DNA from: the human T2T-CHM13v2.0 reference genome, Homo sapiens
DNA length: 64,000 nucleotides
Assembly: GCF_009914755.1 (NCBI RefSeq)
Contig: NC_060938.1
Direction: 5' to 3' (one strand)
The notes under the pieces are model-generated. The model had not been told where the DNA came from. It did no database searches and saw only the letters and a list, made by a program, of their open reading frames with translations. Below are positions 13,479-27,420 of this stretch, in pieces. The stretch's first letter is position 1. The number at the start of each line of letters is the position of its first letter. A program made the translations under genes and the position numbers.

Positions 13479-13765
13479 CTCCTTAGTGGTTATTACCAGG
13501 GGAATTAGTCCTATTTACTAGGATTGTCAATGACTAGACACTGTACTGATGAATTGTTATTTATTAATGGTTGTTATTCATTTTATGTTGGTTTATGGTT
13601 TATCTTTTCCTCCTTTTTTCTGGCTTGACTCTCCTTAGTTGTTATTGCCAGGAGAATTAGTCCTATTTACCAGGACTCTCAATGACTAGATACTTTACTG
13701 ATGAATGATTTATTAATGGTTGTTATTCATTTTGTGTTGGTTTATCTTTATTTTTTCTGGCTTGA
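13479..13765. repeat. Diverged two-copy tandem duplication (about 150-bp unit)
   Basis: ccttagt..gaattagtcctattta..ctggcttga starts at 13481 and again at 13633. Confidence 0.95.
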
Positions 13766-14695
13766 TCAAATTGCTACTCATTTCCTTTTCTATTTATTAA
13801 TTTTATAACTCCAATAAATGTTTTAATAAATTAATTATTGTGTTCCTAATCTCAATATCCATTATTAAAAACACATTGCTTTATGATTACATGAAATCAA
13901 GATATCCAAGCTATCCACGATCAATATTTTCCTGCTAATAGACTGAAACTTTTCAAATATTTTTATATCCATTCTACTCCTCCTTGAAACATGAGACATT
14001 TGGGATTGTTTTACTTGGTCTCCTTTTTCCAACCACACCTACCCTCTCTACCAAATGCTAAGCTGTATTAACAATATTTACTTGATAGTGGGTTTCTTAT
14101 ACTTAAGGAATCCTTAAGTATCCTTTGGTACTTAGGTCACACATTTCTAGATAGCTTACTAAGTACATATTGATTTGACTTCATAGGCGTTGCAGTGCTC
14201 TTTGCTTAACACCACGTGTCTATTTCTGACATATGTTGCTTTCTAAGTATTTCTCTCAGATGGAGCATGTGCTGATACATTCCTTCAATGCTTGATTTCA
14301 TGCTAACATATTCTGTTTGGAGTTGGGAATAAATATTTGCTTAAATCCTAATTATTAAAAACCTATAATAAATATAGTAAAGTTATAGGTACCAGACTAC
14401 AAAGTGATACAATCTCATTTCCAGAAAATTAATTTTATAGATTTAAGTATGTTGCAGTGGGAGGTAGGCATGGTCATACAGCACTCAGGAAATACAAAGT
14501 GGTAAACCATCAAGGACTAACAAGAAATCTGATGCCTTGTGGTTTTTCTTTGTAAATAACATTTTTTGCCTGGAAGTTTGTCAATTTTTTCAATTTCTCC
14601 TTAGAATTTGTTAATTGTAAGGAGTAATGTTAGCAATATAGCAGAATACAAGATCTCAGTGCTTAATCTACCCACAGAGCTATTAAACACATCAA

Positions 14696-14697
<2 letters not shown>

Positions 14698-14732
<35 letters not shown>
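14698..14732. repeat. (TATC)8 microsatellite
   Basis: Direct reading. Confidence 0.95.
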
Positions 14733-14752
14733 ATGGAGGGAGACAGAAAGAG

Positions 14753-15204
14753 AGATGTCCTAACCCTCCCCACTCCTGCTGCCAATACCTCAGAATGACA
14801 TTTGGAAAAAGGCTTGCTACAAATATAATTAATTAAGTTGAGGTTATACTGTAAGTACAGTGGGCCCCTAAGCCCATATGACTGGTATCTTTATAAAGCC
14901 AATATGACTGGTATCTTTATAAAGAAGCCACGTGAAAACACAGGCAGACAGAGAGAACCATGAAATGACAAAGGCAGATTGCTTTGCAGTTATGCAGCTG
15001 CAAGCCAGGAACACCAAAGATTTCCAGCAAAACAGCACAAGCTGGGAAGAGGCAAGGAAAAATTCCTCTATAGTTTTTAGAGGGAATATGGCCTGCCAAC
15101 ACCTTCATTTTCGATTTTTAGCCTTCAGAACTGTGAGACGATAACTTTGTTGTTTAAACCATCCTCTTGTGGCACTTTGTTATAGTAGCCCTAGGAAACT
15201 AGCA
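14753..15204 (+). mobile_element. MLT1C/B-like MaLR LTR
   Basis: acctcagaatg, atgactggtatctttataa, gcaagccaggaacacc, ttgttatagtagccctaggaaacta. Confidence 0.85.
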
Positions 15205-15619
15205 TGTCCTGTGTCTTGGAAGTGAATGAAAAGAACACCCTTTCTGTTCAATGGACTTAAATAGGCTGGAGGACAAATGAGGGAGACTTTTCTCCCAAAG
15301 ATACAAATCAAGGTCTTTGCTTGCAACCTCTTACTCCTTCCTTTCACTGAAGATCTGTCAAATATTGAATTGTTCTCTGAATGCTTTCCACAATCATAAG
15401 CCCTTGAAGTAAGTTACAGCTCAAATTTGCATTATGTCCACTAGCTTTGCTGAGACAAAGAGCCAAATACTTCTTCCTAGTTTGAATCCATCTCTGGCCA
15501 TAACCTTTCTCTTGTGAGTCTCTCTTACTTTTCCCAAAAGCCAAGGCCAAGCTTTTATTTCTTTAATATAATCTTTCTTTGTGCTTGAAAAAATGGGCTC
15601 ATCCATAGACTCGCTTCTG

Positions 15620-18600
15620 TTTATTGCTGTATAGTTTACATATAGTAAAATTCACCCATTTTGAGTACAGTTTTATAAAATTGATAAACTTTTATAGTCA
15701 TGTATTACCACAATCAAGATAAAAGAATATTTCTATCATCCCTACATTTCCCTTGTCTCCCTCCTATCACCTCCAACAAGCCCTTGAATACGACTGATTT
15801 CCTCCTCTATTGTTTTGCTTTCCCTAGAATGTCACATAAATTGAATCATACAGTAGATAGAATTTGACTTGTTTCACTCAGCATAATGGTTTTAAAATTC
15901 ATGCATAATATTGCATGTATCAACAGTTGATTCATTTTTATTACTGAGTAGTGTTCCATTGTATGGATACATCATAAATTATCACTTCACCAATGGATAG
16001 ATTTTAGATTGTTTGTGATTATGAATAAAGCTTCTATATAATTCATATGTAGGATTTTTGGTGGACATAGATCTTCCCTTCTCCAGATAAATACTAGGAG
16101 TAGGATTGCTGTATCTTAAGTATATGTTTAAATATAAGAAACTCCCAAACTGTTTCCCAAGGTGACAGTACCTTATTGAATTTTTATCAGTAATGTGTGA
16201 GAGTTGTATTTGCTTCACATCATCACCAGCATTTGGTATGTCAGGCTTTGTTTTGTATTTTTCTAGCTATGCTATTAGATTAGTAAGGAGCTCTTTGTAA
16301 CTTTAATATGCATTTTATTAATGTCTACTGGTGTTGAGCTCATGTGCATATTTACCACCTGTATTTCTTCTTTGGTAGACTACTTGGCTATATTCAAATA
16401 GTATGCACATTTTTTATTGTGTTGTGTACTCATTATTGAGTGAGTTTCCGGAGTTCTCTATATATTATTGAGACAAATCCTTTAACAGATACGTATTTTG
16501 TTTTCTCTATGTCTGTGGCATATTAATTCAAAGAATGGATGTTTTAGATTATGATAAAGTCCAATTTGTCATATTTTTGTGGTTTATCCTCTTAGGGTCT
16601 TAATCTTTCCCTAACTCTACGTAACAAAGTATTATACCACTAGGTTTTATGTTTAGATTTATATTTATTTGGGGTTATTTTTTGGCACATGGTATGAGAT
16701 ATGTGTTGAGGTCAGTGTTCCTGTATATGAGTGTCCAAACAGCATAGCACCATTTATTGACAAGCCTATCACTTCTATATTAAACTACCTAAGTGATATG
16801 TATGGCTGGGATTAATTCTGGACTCTCCAGTCCATCCAATTAATTTATATGTGTATTCTTTTGCAAATGCCATGCTTTCTTAATTACTTTAGCTTTATGG
16901 TTAATTGAAATCAAGTAGTATAAAATCTTCAACTTTATTCTTTTTCAAAATTTGGTTATTTCCAATCTTTTTTTGCTGTCATCACTATCTACAAAAACTA
17001 GGACTGTGTACAATTATTTATAGATTGGCATTGTGGCCATATTCTGTCTTCTCGTCAATCTATAGGTCATAGATCTCCATTGATGTGTCTTCTTCATTTT
17101 GCTCACTAATGTCTTGTAGTATGTAGCATGCAAATCTTTGATAAACTTTTATAGTCATGTATCATCACAATCAAGATAAATAATATTTCTACCATTCCCA
17201 AAAGTTCCTTGCCCCTCTTCTATAACCTCCAGCAAGCCCTTGAATACCATTGATTTCTCTATTGTTTTGCCTTCTCTAGAATGTCATATAAATGTAATCA
17301 TCCAGTATGTAGTCTTTCAAGATGGTACTGTTGTTAAATTCAGTTTCCAATTCATTGCTAGTATATAGAAATATAATTGATTTTTTGTATGTGAACTGCG
17401 TCCTCAAATCCAGTGAAAATACTTGTTAAATATCTTTTCATAAATTCTGTGTTTTTCTTTTTAGACAATATTATCACATGTTAATTAAAACAGTTTTATT
17501 TCTTCCTACCCAATCCTTTGCTTGCATTATTGCACTGGCTAGGATGCCAGCAGGAGGTTGAAATGAGAGCAAGCATCTTCATTTTATTTCACCCAATGTG
17601 AATGGGAAAGCATTCAGCATTTCACCATTAAGTATGATATCATCTGTAGGATTTTTCTGTACATTCTTTTTATCAAGACGAGGAGTTTTTTGTAAGTTTC
17701 TACTATGTTAAAAGTTTTTAATCATTAATGAGTGACAGATTTTGTCTAATGCTTTATGTCTGTTCAAGTGATCATTTGAGTTTATATTTTATTAAAATAA
17801 GGTATTTTTGGATGTGAAACCAGTCTTGCTCTCTTGGGATTAATTCTATGTGATCATGGTGTCTAATAGTTTTGATGTTGCTAGATTTAGTTTGCTAATG
17901 TAGTCTTTAGAATTTTGGTATCTGTATTCATGAGGGATATGGGTTGTTATTATTTTTTTGTGATGGCTTTGTCTGTCTTTGACATCAGGGTAAATACTGA
18001 CTTCTGATGAGTTTGGAAGTGTTCTGTTGTCCTCTATTTTCTAAAAGAGTTTGTGGAAGACCAGTATTCTTTCTTTTTATAAAATGATGTTACATCTACT
18101 AGTTTTGTCAAATACTAAGAGAGAAGTATTAAAATTTCCAACTCCAATTGCGAAATTGTCTCTTTTTCAGTTCTGTCAGTTTTAGCGGTATGTATTTTGA
18201 CAGTCTGTTGTTTGATCCATATTTACCTTGATTACGTCTTGATGATTTGGTCCCTTCATTATTATGTAATGTCCCTATTTATCCCTGGCACTCTTCTTTG
18301 CTCAGAAGTCTACATCATTTGCTATTAATACAGGTTGTAAAATTCTTTTGTATTAGTGGGATTTTTGGCCTATGTTTTCTATCCTTTTTAAAACCATCTA
18401 TATGGTTTAAAAGTTATATTTATGGTTTCTTTTTAAACCATCTAAAGTGTTTCTTGTAAAAGTACATTGTAAAAGAGTCTTGCTTTCTTAATTCAATTTA
18501 ACAATCTCTGCCCTTTAATATGTTTTGACACATTAAAATTATTGGAGGATTTGCATTTAAGTTTTCTATTTGTGCCCTATTTGTCCCAATTTAGTAATTG

Positions 18601-20700
18601 TTACTTTGTTAAATTTTCTTGCCACTTTTGGATTCACTTACATTTTTATTGTACTTTATCTTCATTAATTTTATCCATTTTGAAAAGTTTAGTGTTTTTC
18701 CTAGTGTTTTACGGTCTACCTTAAAAATATTATACTACTTCGTGAATACCATAAGCTTTCATAATATTTCCAATACCTCCCTCTCTACCTTTTAGCTATT
18801 TTTAAATGAATTTTATCTTTATATGTTTTGAAACCTATAATACATTGTTACTATCATTGCTTTTATCTAGTAACTTATCTTTTTGAGTGATTAAAAATAA
18901 GAAATAATTATCTCTTATAGTAGTCCTCATTCTTAGCATTTCTGGAAACTCTCATTGTATTGATTAAAATTTGTGACTATTATATTCTTTCTGCCTGAGG
19001 ATTGTTTATAGTACAAATCTGCTGGCAATGAATTCTCTTAGTTTTGTTTATCTGAAAAATGTTTTATTTTATCTTCAACTTGGAGGAAATTCTGACTGAA
19101 TATTTCATCTTCCAGCTTGAATAATTTTGAGGTGAGGTTGTTGGATATGTGTTTTGATGTATTTCATTATTTTTGGTTGTTGAATATTCAACGATTTCTT
19201 CTGCCAGGTTCTTCTCTCTTTTTATTCTAGGAATTCAAATATACCTAGGTTAGTTCCTTTGAGACTGTCTGTCTCAAACTTCTTGAATGCTCTGTATATT
19301 ATTTTCACTCTTTTACCTCTTTTTCAGTTTGGGTAATGTCTATTTACCTATTTTCATGTTGACTGTTAACTTGAGATCAGTTAACTGCTGAGGCCACCAA
19401 GGAATTTCTTCATCTCTTGTGTCATCTTTTATTTTTACCATTTTCATTTGATATTTACGGTTTTTCTCTCTGCTGATGTTTGCTACCAGTTTATATATTT
19501 TACCTTTTTTTAAAACTATATCTATTACATTTTCATCATAATTATTTTATAATTAAATACCTTACCTAATAGTTTCAATACCTGGGTCATCTCTGCATCT
19601 GGATCTTTTGATTGTTTTGACTTTTGATGATAAATTTTATTTCTTGCTTTTGATGTGTCTTGTAACGCTGGATAATTACTGAATGCTGGGTAAAGAGTAT
19701 GGCACTTAAGACTGAGGCAAGCAGAATTTACACTTGAAGATCTTAGCATCTTTTCTTCTATCAGATGGTTAATATTGATTTTTAAGCTCCTTTTGAATTT
19801 TGCTTTTGTTGTGATTACTTACATAGATCATAGACTTCAAATTCTTCCAGTGGTGGGCTAGCACCTGTCAGTTATCTACCCCTAGCTTTTAGCCATCACT
19901 GAGTGCCACTGCAAGCAGGCTTCTGTGTGTTCTTGTTTCCCTCTTAATGATAAGCAGCTATCAGTTGGTACTCTGTGCTATGCTTGTCCCCTTTAGGGAT
20001 AAGGATGTTTTGTTACTGTTCTAGTCCAGCCTTTGTCACAGGAAATCTCAATATGCCTGAACCTTGGTAATGGGGTTTTCTCAATATTTCTTCCCCATTT
20101 CCTTGTCTGCAACAATTTGCCACTGGTCTTTCTTCGGAGTTACCCGACTCTTTCATTTCACTAGGAGATCTCCACCTGGTATTCTAGGATTTTATATTCA
20201 GAATGATTTCTTTTCTCTTTTAGGAGTAAAGAATTAATTTTTTACTCCTCACCCAGTGGTTTTACCTGTGTATCCAAGTGGCCTTGTTGCCACTCTTCCA
20301 GTTGCTTAAGGCATTTTCCTTAAAAGATGCAAGCAGGACTTCGTGTCTGACAACCCCTCCTTGCAGCTACCAATCATCACTATAGGCTTGCTCCACCAAG
20401 GCTATTCTGTACAGCTTCCTGACTTGACAGCAATTATTATTCTGAGCACCCAGATTACCCTTCTGGGCAGAAGCTTACAAGTGACAGCAGACTTAAATGT
20501 CTCTTCCTCTTGTATTTAGTCAGTCACAGATGAAACAGTTTTTGGGTCCTGTTTTATTCTTGGAACAGTTTGTTCCTTTTCAAATTTCAGAATAGTTGGT
20601 TACCTTGTGATATTATCTCTATAATTCTGTTGTTTCTCCAGATTTCTCTTTTTAGGTTGGGAGCACAGTCTCTGCAGCTTTGTATGGAGTTTGGTTCACT
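15620..20700 (-). mobile_element. Ancient L1M(C/D/E) element, 3' end to 5' region, fragmented
   Basis: Antisense L1 3'UTR and ORF2-like T-rich sequence throughout. Confidence 0.75.
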
Positions 20701-21844
20701 GATTTTGACCTCTGTTCAAAACTGTTCTCCAGTCATAAGATAAACAAAAGCACATTGGCGTTTCCAAAATGTAGGAATAAAATGTTCTATATTCCACCAT
20801 AACTCTAGTTGTTCTTGTCTTATACTCTGGCTAATTCTCCATTATGTGTTTTCTTCTTTAGCATCCCTGACCACTATTCTTTCAGGTTTTTTCCCCTCTC
20901 CATTATCTTTTTTGTCTTTCTTTTCTCCTCCTTATGTCTTAATGTTCTTCTAACAATTTGAATACCTCATCTCCCTAGGATTCTCTCAAACCTCAAGTCT
21001 CACTCATCACAACTCTATCCTCTGAGATTACCATCCTAATTAGCCAAGGCGGAAGCTCCTTTTCACAAACTCTCACTTTAAAGCAGACAGTGTGAATCTC
21101 TTTGACATCAGGTAATTCAGTTTACAAGGCAATTAACATTTACATAAATGCCATTTAATACAATGATATTTTATTGTAATTTATCTCATTTTTCCCATAT
21201 TGGTTGATAATGTCCAAATCTGTCATAATTTTAGAGTATAACAATTCTGTTAATTATATGTTATATTGATAAATGTTTAGATATCAACCTGACTTCTCTT
21301 AAGCTAGCAGATAAGAAAATTGGTAGAGTTTGAATCTGACTCTTAATTTTTAAAGAAGACAGTTCCTGTACTATTCACCTTTTAGAGCAACTACCAGATT
21401 CCATATAATTAATGTATATTTTATAAGAGTGATAATGGTCTCATCAGGAGTCTTATAATTTAGCAAATTGGTTTCCCATAACTTAGTCTTCTATTTCCAC
21501 TAGGAAACCATATCGTTATTTTAAATTGCAACTTTTTAAAGTAAAGTATTAGCACTTGAATAATTTGTTTGTTTTCCCTATATAGTTGCTTCATCTTGAT
21601 TTATTTTCTTCTTTTCTAGCTCCTCTTTATCTTCAATATTTCATCTACATCCCAAATCCATTATATTTTCTCTCTTGAGACTGCTTTTTGAATTTTTCTT
21701 CTGTTCAATATTCCATGAATGTGCAGAGAAGTTTCTGGCCAAATTCTCTCACAATTTATTGAAACAAAACAAAATAAGAAAGCGGTAAAAATTTCTGTGT
21801 TGCCCATAAGTATAAGAAAGAAAATCATTTTTATTTTATATATT

Positions 21845-21968
21845 TTTTGGATCCAGAGTCTTGCTATATTGCCCAGGCTGGAGTGCAGTGGCACAATCTT
21901 GACTCACTGATTCTCCTGCCTCAGCCTCCTGAGTAGCTGGGACTACATGCATGAGGCACCGTACCCTG
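21845..21968 (-). mobile_element. Alu fragment with internal deletion
   Basis: cagagtcttgct..cccaggctggagtgcagtggc..ctcagcctcctgagtagctggga. Confidence 0.85.
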
Positions 21969-22216
21969 TCAGAAAATCCTAAAGAAATTTAAATTCTTTT
22001 TAGCCATGAGAAGTGAACCTCCAATACATTTTACAATATTTTGAGCTTAAGAGAAGCTCAGAGACAGTGTCTTGGCAGAAGATGTTATTTGTTTTGCTGA
22101 CATGATATCTGACAATGTTTGTTTGGATTAGTTGTCAACATTTTAAAAATTTACATAAAATCTAGATTTATAGTTTTTCTTTAGAATGTGGAAGAATGAC
22201 ACGATTGGGCTTACAT

Positions 22217-22372
22217 TTTGTTTTTTGAGATGGAGTCTCACTCTGTCGCCCAGGCTGGAGAGCAATGGCCCGATCTTGGCTCACTGCAACTTCTACCTCT
22301 CGGGGTTCAAGTGGATTATCCTGCCTCAACCTCCCAAGTAGCTGGGATTACAGGCACATGCCTGGCCAGGCC
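22217..22372 (-). mobile_element. Alu right-arm fragment
   Basis: tttgagatggagtctcactctgtcgcccaggctgg...ctgggattacaggc. Confidence 0.85.
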
Positions 22373-22614
22373 TGCGTTTTAACATGACAACACAAATGGC
22401 ACAGCATAGAACATAGGACATAGAAATCTAGCTTTTCATATACAGTCTTCACAGATGCCCATGCCACACATTTTAATCATCTGGCTGGCTCCTGAAGCAT
22501 TTGAGTTCATAGCTATTGCTTTAGAGATTGGCCTCTAATAGAGGCATGCACAGTTTCAGTGGATAAAGAACCAATGAAAACAAGTGTTCAGGTGATAACA
22601 TTGTCAAAACTCAC

Positions 22615-22725
22615 CTATTACTTGCTCCTATCTCATGCAAGCTTTCCCAAATATTTTACTTAGATTACTCTAGTTTCGATGACAGTTTGAGTGTAAACAG
22701 GGGCACTATCAAGAACTTGTTAGAA
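22615..22725 (-). pseudogene. Candidate exon G (111 nt) of putative relic gene
   Basis: Donor AATAG|gtgagt; weak acceptor aattatag; phase 2-2, SNKFLIVPLFTLKLSSKLE*SK*NIWESLHEIGASN. Confidence 0.35.
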
Positions 22726-23702
22726 CTATAATTGTATAATGAGACTGCTTCTCTCAACTCTGGCAAATGGCTGTCCTACTTATGAACAGACTCTTGATGA
22801 GCTCACACAATTATCTGTAATTCTTTTTCACTTAAATTTCCAGCTAGCTGTAGCTTCTACTTAAAATGTTTGTTTATTAATTTATTTCTTTAAAAAAATA
22901 AATGTGTTAGTCTTCTTTCCAGAAGAATATTCCTGGGAATAGGTGGGAAGTAGACAAATTATCCATTATATAGAGCTTCTGTTTGCAAATAAAGATTCAA
23001 TGCAGTATCATAGGGATAAGGTCTATGACTGGAAATGAAACAAGTAAGGGCTGAAGACTAATGTGTTGGTTCTACTTTACATAGGGTTGTTAGCAAAGAC
23101 ATCACTGAGGAGGTGATGTCAGAACAGAGGCCATGTGAAAATGAATAGTGCAACTGTCTAGGGGCAAGGTTTTGCAGGCAGCAGCAAATGTGAATGCTTT
23201 GACATCTTCAAAGTCTACTGGTCCAAAGAGGCTACCCCAGAGAGATAAGGAAAGTGAGTATTAGAGAATGAGGTTAAAGATGAACCAAATTAAATAAATA
23301 GTAGGATATAAGAATGTAAGAATGAACCTTGATCCTTCTCCTGCTGAGACTTCACCCTGTCGTGGCAGAAAGTGTGAAGAAAACATCATTGCCTTTGGAT
23401 TATGCCAGCACTTTGAGCATTATGACATGTTCTCTAGATCTGAATTCTGGACCTCATATGCCTCTTCTTTGTTTCAGGCACAGTTAATTTTCTTCTAGAC
23501 TTCTGACTCCTTCCTGATAACTGGTTACTGAAAACAAGCTCCCTGATCTCTGAATTAAATCTTTGATTTTGCAATCTATAATTGGGTCCTAACCTCGAAT
23601 TTATATACTATTGCAAGGTGTCCTAATTTCCCAGTGCTTGTGACCTCTGCTTGAATATGACCTCCTCTGGTTCTTCAACCTTCAGCTTCCCCTCCTCTGC
23701 AT

Positions 23703-24254
23703 TGTGAAGCAGGTGAACTGTGCACTGGTTACCAACCGCTGGGAAAAACTCCCACTGCATGGGGAATAGCAAATATCATCACTAAGCCCATCATGAGAAA
23801 GAGAAGTCTTAACACTTCAGTCCACTGCATTTGGATCTGCAATTTTTATCACTTGCATGAGTCAGGTGAGACATAATACTCATACAAGTTATGTGAAGCA
23901 ATTTTATTATTCACACATAGGCGGTAAGGGGAAGCAGAGTCCTAGAATTCATGATGAGCTTTTCCGAAGCTCAGAAAAGCTGCCCAGGGTGTCTGGCATC
24001 TTATGTGTGCCCCACCTGCACTGCAGCTGAAAACAGTGTACCTTGGGTTTTATATCCCAGGGATAACATAATTTGCCAAGCTAAAATGCTGAAGGACATC
24101 TTGTTCCAGGAGGGGCAGGAATAGAGCCTGTTCCTTCTTATCTCGGCAAGCTGCACTGCCAGCATATTCTCTATGTTTATGTTTGAGAACCTCACATGAG
24201 AAAGGGGGAGAGAACTGGGTCAGTCCAAGGTCACCCGGAGCTCTGTCCTGCACA
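23703..24254 (-). mobile_element. ERVL-class LTR (MER54/MER76-like)
   Basis: tgtgaagcaggtgaactgtgcactggttaccaac end, antisense AATAAA and TATAAAA, TG...CA termini. Confidence 0.65.
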
Positions 24255-24813
24255 CATACCTGCCTTTCTTGAGGTGTTGCTTGAAATAACAGTTCTATAC
24301 CTGCTATTTGACCATTATACTGATATCAATCTCCAGTTCCACTAATACCTATTGTATAGATGACTTCATGTAAGTAGATAATTAAGAAGATAAAATGCAT
24401 GCAAAACAAATACTCCCAATTTTGTGCCTAAACATGATGCCCAGAAGAGATTTTTAAAGGTTTTCTCTTTTCATACACAAATGGACAATGCAATTTAACA
24501 TGTTTTGCTAGTCACAAGAAAATGTTTTACGTCGACATCATGACTTTTATGCCACAAAACCATTCTCACGTCTTGGACTCTGTAGAAATAAATATTTACC
24601 AATCACACTGAGGATGCACCAGCTTGATGGCCCAGGGAATCAACATCTCAGCACATTCTTTAGCCATCCAAAACACCGTAATTTGGGGTTCTTTTGCATA
24701 GCCAGTTTTGTTGGAAAAATTGGCTCAGTTATGTCCAAAAATCAGTTGATTAAAAGTATTTTTACATATATCAGAATAAAATACCGATATTCTTCCATCT
24801 CCCCTTTACTTAC

Positions 24814-24824
24814 ACTTCTGAACA
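24814..24824 (-). pseudogene. Candidate 11-nt microexon F (alternative 225-nt form 24600-24824)
   Basis: Strong acceptor ttcttctttttttggtctttag|TGTTCAGAAGT|gtaagt. Confidence 0.35.
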
Positions 24825-25069
24825 CTAAAGACCAAAAAAAGAAGAAAATATAGTCTCATTAATATGTTTTAAAACTCCTTTTTACCACTTTGCAACAAAA
24901 CGATTTCCTCAAATGACATTAATATGAACAATAAAATAGTTTAGAACTGGCTGCTATTTCTGAGGTTTGAACATGTTTTACTTTTCTACCTGTTCCATTT
25001 TTTCCGAGATAATATCTAACATAAGTTTTTAATAATATAAATTTTATTTTCAGTTTTTCATGAAACATG

Positions 25070-25330
25070 TATTTCCTTTTTATTTTAACAAACAGCTATT
25101 TATCACCTATTCTATGCTGCGTTCTCTATGCCGGGGAACTAAAAAGAAAGACATAGTCCCTTCTTTAAGCTATTCATAATCTAGAGGAGGAAAGTGAAAA
25201 GAAAACAGTTATAATATGTATGCTACTTATAATATCAGAATTGTATATAAGGAATCAGAGTAGTCAATAGGAAGAAGTGGTCAGCTTTATCCAAATGTTA
25301 GAAGATAAGGCAAGTAAGATACTAAATCCA
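25070..25330 (-). mobile_element. L2 fragment
   Basis: aacaaacagctatttatcacctattctatgc...ataatctagaggag. Confidence 0.55.
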
Positions 25331-25830
25331 CAGATCTGGAAGAGGCAAAACATTAAAGTAAATTACCTGGAATATTTGCAAATTCTCTTTTGAAAAGTGT
25401 CAAATCCTTATTGTCCATAGTTCATCAAATTGAGTATTAATTATCCCTGGTGTATTCACAAACCTTAGAGGAAACTATCATGGCCCATAAATCTCATTTT
25501 TCTCACCGTAGAAGCTAATGCTCAATGAAAGGTGGGCAACATGTGCATGCATGGTTATGAGAAAAGTACTGATTATTTTTATTGCCCTGAATGGGCCTAT
25601 TTATTCAAGAGCAGTGATATGCTATCATAGATGATAGTGCTCTTAACGATTTTATAGAAGAAACAAAGCCAATGCTACCGGGATACCCACATCTGTTTAT
25701 CCATTTTAGAAACAGCATTAAAAAAACATTGATTACATGCCTGAACAAGAATGCGTTCAGATCTTTTAGGCAGCCTCCTTTGCATTTAATGTAACTAGTG
25801 CCATTGCCTCTCTGCAGGTAAGGGACTTAC

Positions 25831-25944
25831 TTAGCATGGGTAAGTGCCTTGGCAGTAATACTGAAGATGCCTGAGTAAGTCTGCTGATGGTATTAATGAT
25901 TTATTTGAATCCCTGGACATAAAGGGAATGTTAATTCTAGTGGC
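25831..25944 (-). pseudogene. Candidate exon E (114 nt) of putative relic gene
   Basis: aaattttaccag|GCCA...CTAA|gtaagt; phase 0-0 ATRINIPFMSRDSNKSLIPSADLLRHLQYYCQGTYPC*. Confidence 0.4.
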
Positions 25945-26309
25945 CTGGTAAAATTTGAACCAGGCAATTGATAGGCAGAAATTAGATCACAAACCCTACC
26001 TAGCAATTTAAACTGTATGTACATACATGACCTCATTTTTCTTATAACGCCATATTGAATGACTATAAAAGATTGGTAGAAGAGGTACCTCATCTAAGTC
26101 TGATGTAAATCATTTTTAATTCATTTTACTAATCATATATAAAAAGTGACTATATATTTTGAAATATATAGTCAGTTGCAACAAATTGAAAACAAACTAG
26201 ATGATCACTACAAAGGGATAAAAAAGGGATTCTGTATTGTATTTTCTATTCATTATGTTTCCACATGTTCTCACAGGGTTATATCTCCCAAGATCATGGT
26301 TTCAATTCA

Positions 26310-26720
26310 TGTCTGGAATTCACTCCTAGACTTCAAGCCCCATATGCTAGTCCTTAACAGATATATTTACCTGGAGGTTCTCAACACATCTCAGTCCCAA
26401 ACTCTGAAATTATTCTCATTAGTTATTCTATCATCTTATACAAAGAGAAAAGATACTTCTTATACCTATTCAGGTTGCCAAGTCAGAAACTTGTGTGTCA
26501 TCATAGACCCTTTCCTCTTCCTCTCCATTTTTCCAATAGAAGAGAATTTTTGAAGTCATAAGATTTCAATCTGGTGCACATTTTTTCATTCATATTCTCC
26601 TTTACATCTTCACTGCTATTACTCTGGTTCTGATGTTGACCATCTCTCTGTAGACCATTGGAATGACTCCCAGCTGAAGGCTTCCACTCCAAGGTTTAGA
26701 ACACTTCATTCTTACACTTG
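26310..26720 (+). mobile_element. L2 fragment
   Basis: acctggaggttctcaacacatctca, caggttgccaagtcagaaacttg L2-like motifs. Confidence 0.55.
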
Positions 26721-27420
26721 CAATTTCCAAGGGTATCTACATGTTCAGCAGATGGTTTGAAGTTAAGGACATAGCTGTATTTTAAAGTAAAAGATTTGAG
26801 ATATTCAGTAATTTGAAATTCTAGGAGTAAATTAGATCAACCAGCCCAAGTTTCATGAGAGATGATGACCTAGTAATACTAGGCTTTACAATTTATTGCT
26901 TTGAGAATCCCTCTTAAATATATGTATTAATGTTTACTTATAAATATTTAAAAATATTTATTACTATAAAATAGTTATTTAAATTGGTGTAAGTATTAAC
27001 TTCTAATATTTAACAGGGATTGTCAAAACAAAAGAAGAAAAAATTAAAGATAGTGGAAATGTTAGAAATGCAAACTTTTCAATTGTAATAAAGCTTGTGA
27101 TTGCAATTTGCCCCATTCTGGATAGTAAGTATATCCCCCACCACCACCCATGAGTGCTTGAATACAGTAAGCTAAGATTAGGTTATCTATTCTTCAAGTT
27201 AGCCACTTGCTCTTAGCACACCAAAAAGTTCCTAGGATGAAATGAAGCATTTGACTACCTGTTCCTAGATGTCTCTTGTAATTGCCTGCTGTTTTTTTGT
27301 GATTTGTCTCACACGATTTTTCAGTCACTTCCTCTCCATTTCACAGTTCAGATAAGGTGGTCTTCAACTGGTGAAGTGAAGTGCTAAAGAGAATGGTGCA
27401 GTTGCTAAATATACGCTTAC

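Larger units (their letters stand above)
11720..14330 (-). mobile_element. Ancient L1M fragments
   Basis: T-rich antisense L1 ORF1-like sequence (AEAIFEEKMARDF in ORF 12137..12349), interrupted by AluY. Confidence 0.6.

Noticed and set aside
13479-13765. Direct repeats as a CRISPR-like array
   Set aside because: Only two long copies, no spacers, and primate DNA.
26146-26553. 135-aa plus-strand ORF
   Set aside because: Non-ATG start and overlap with an L2 fragment.
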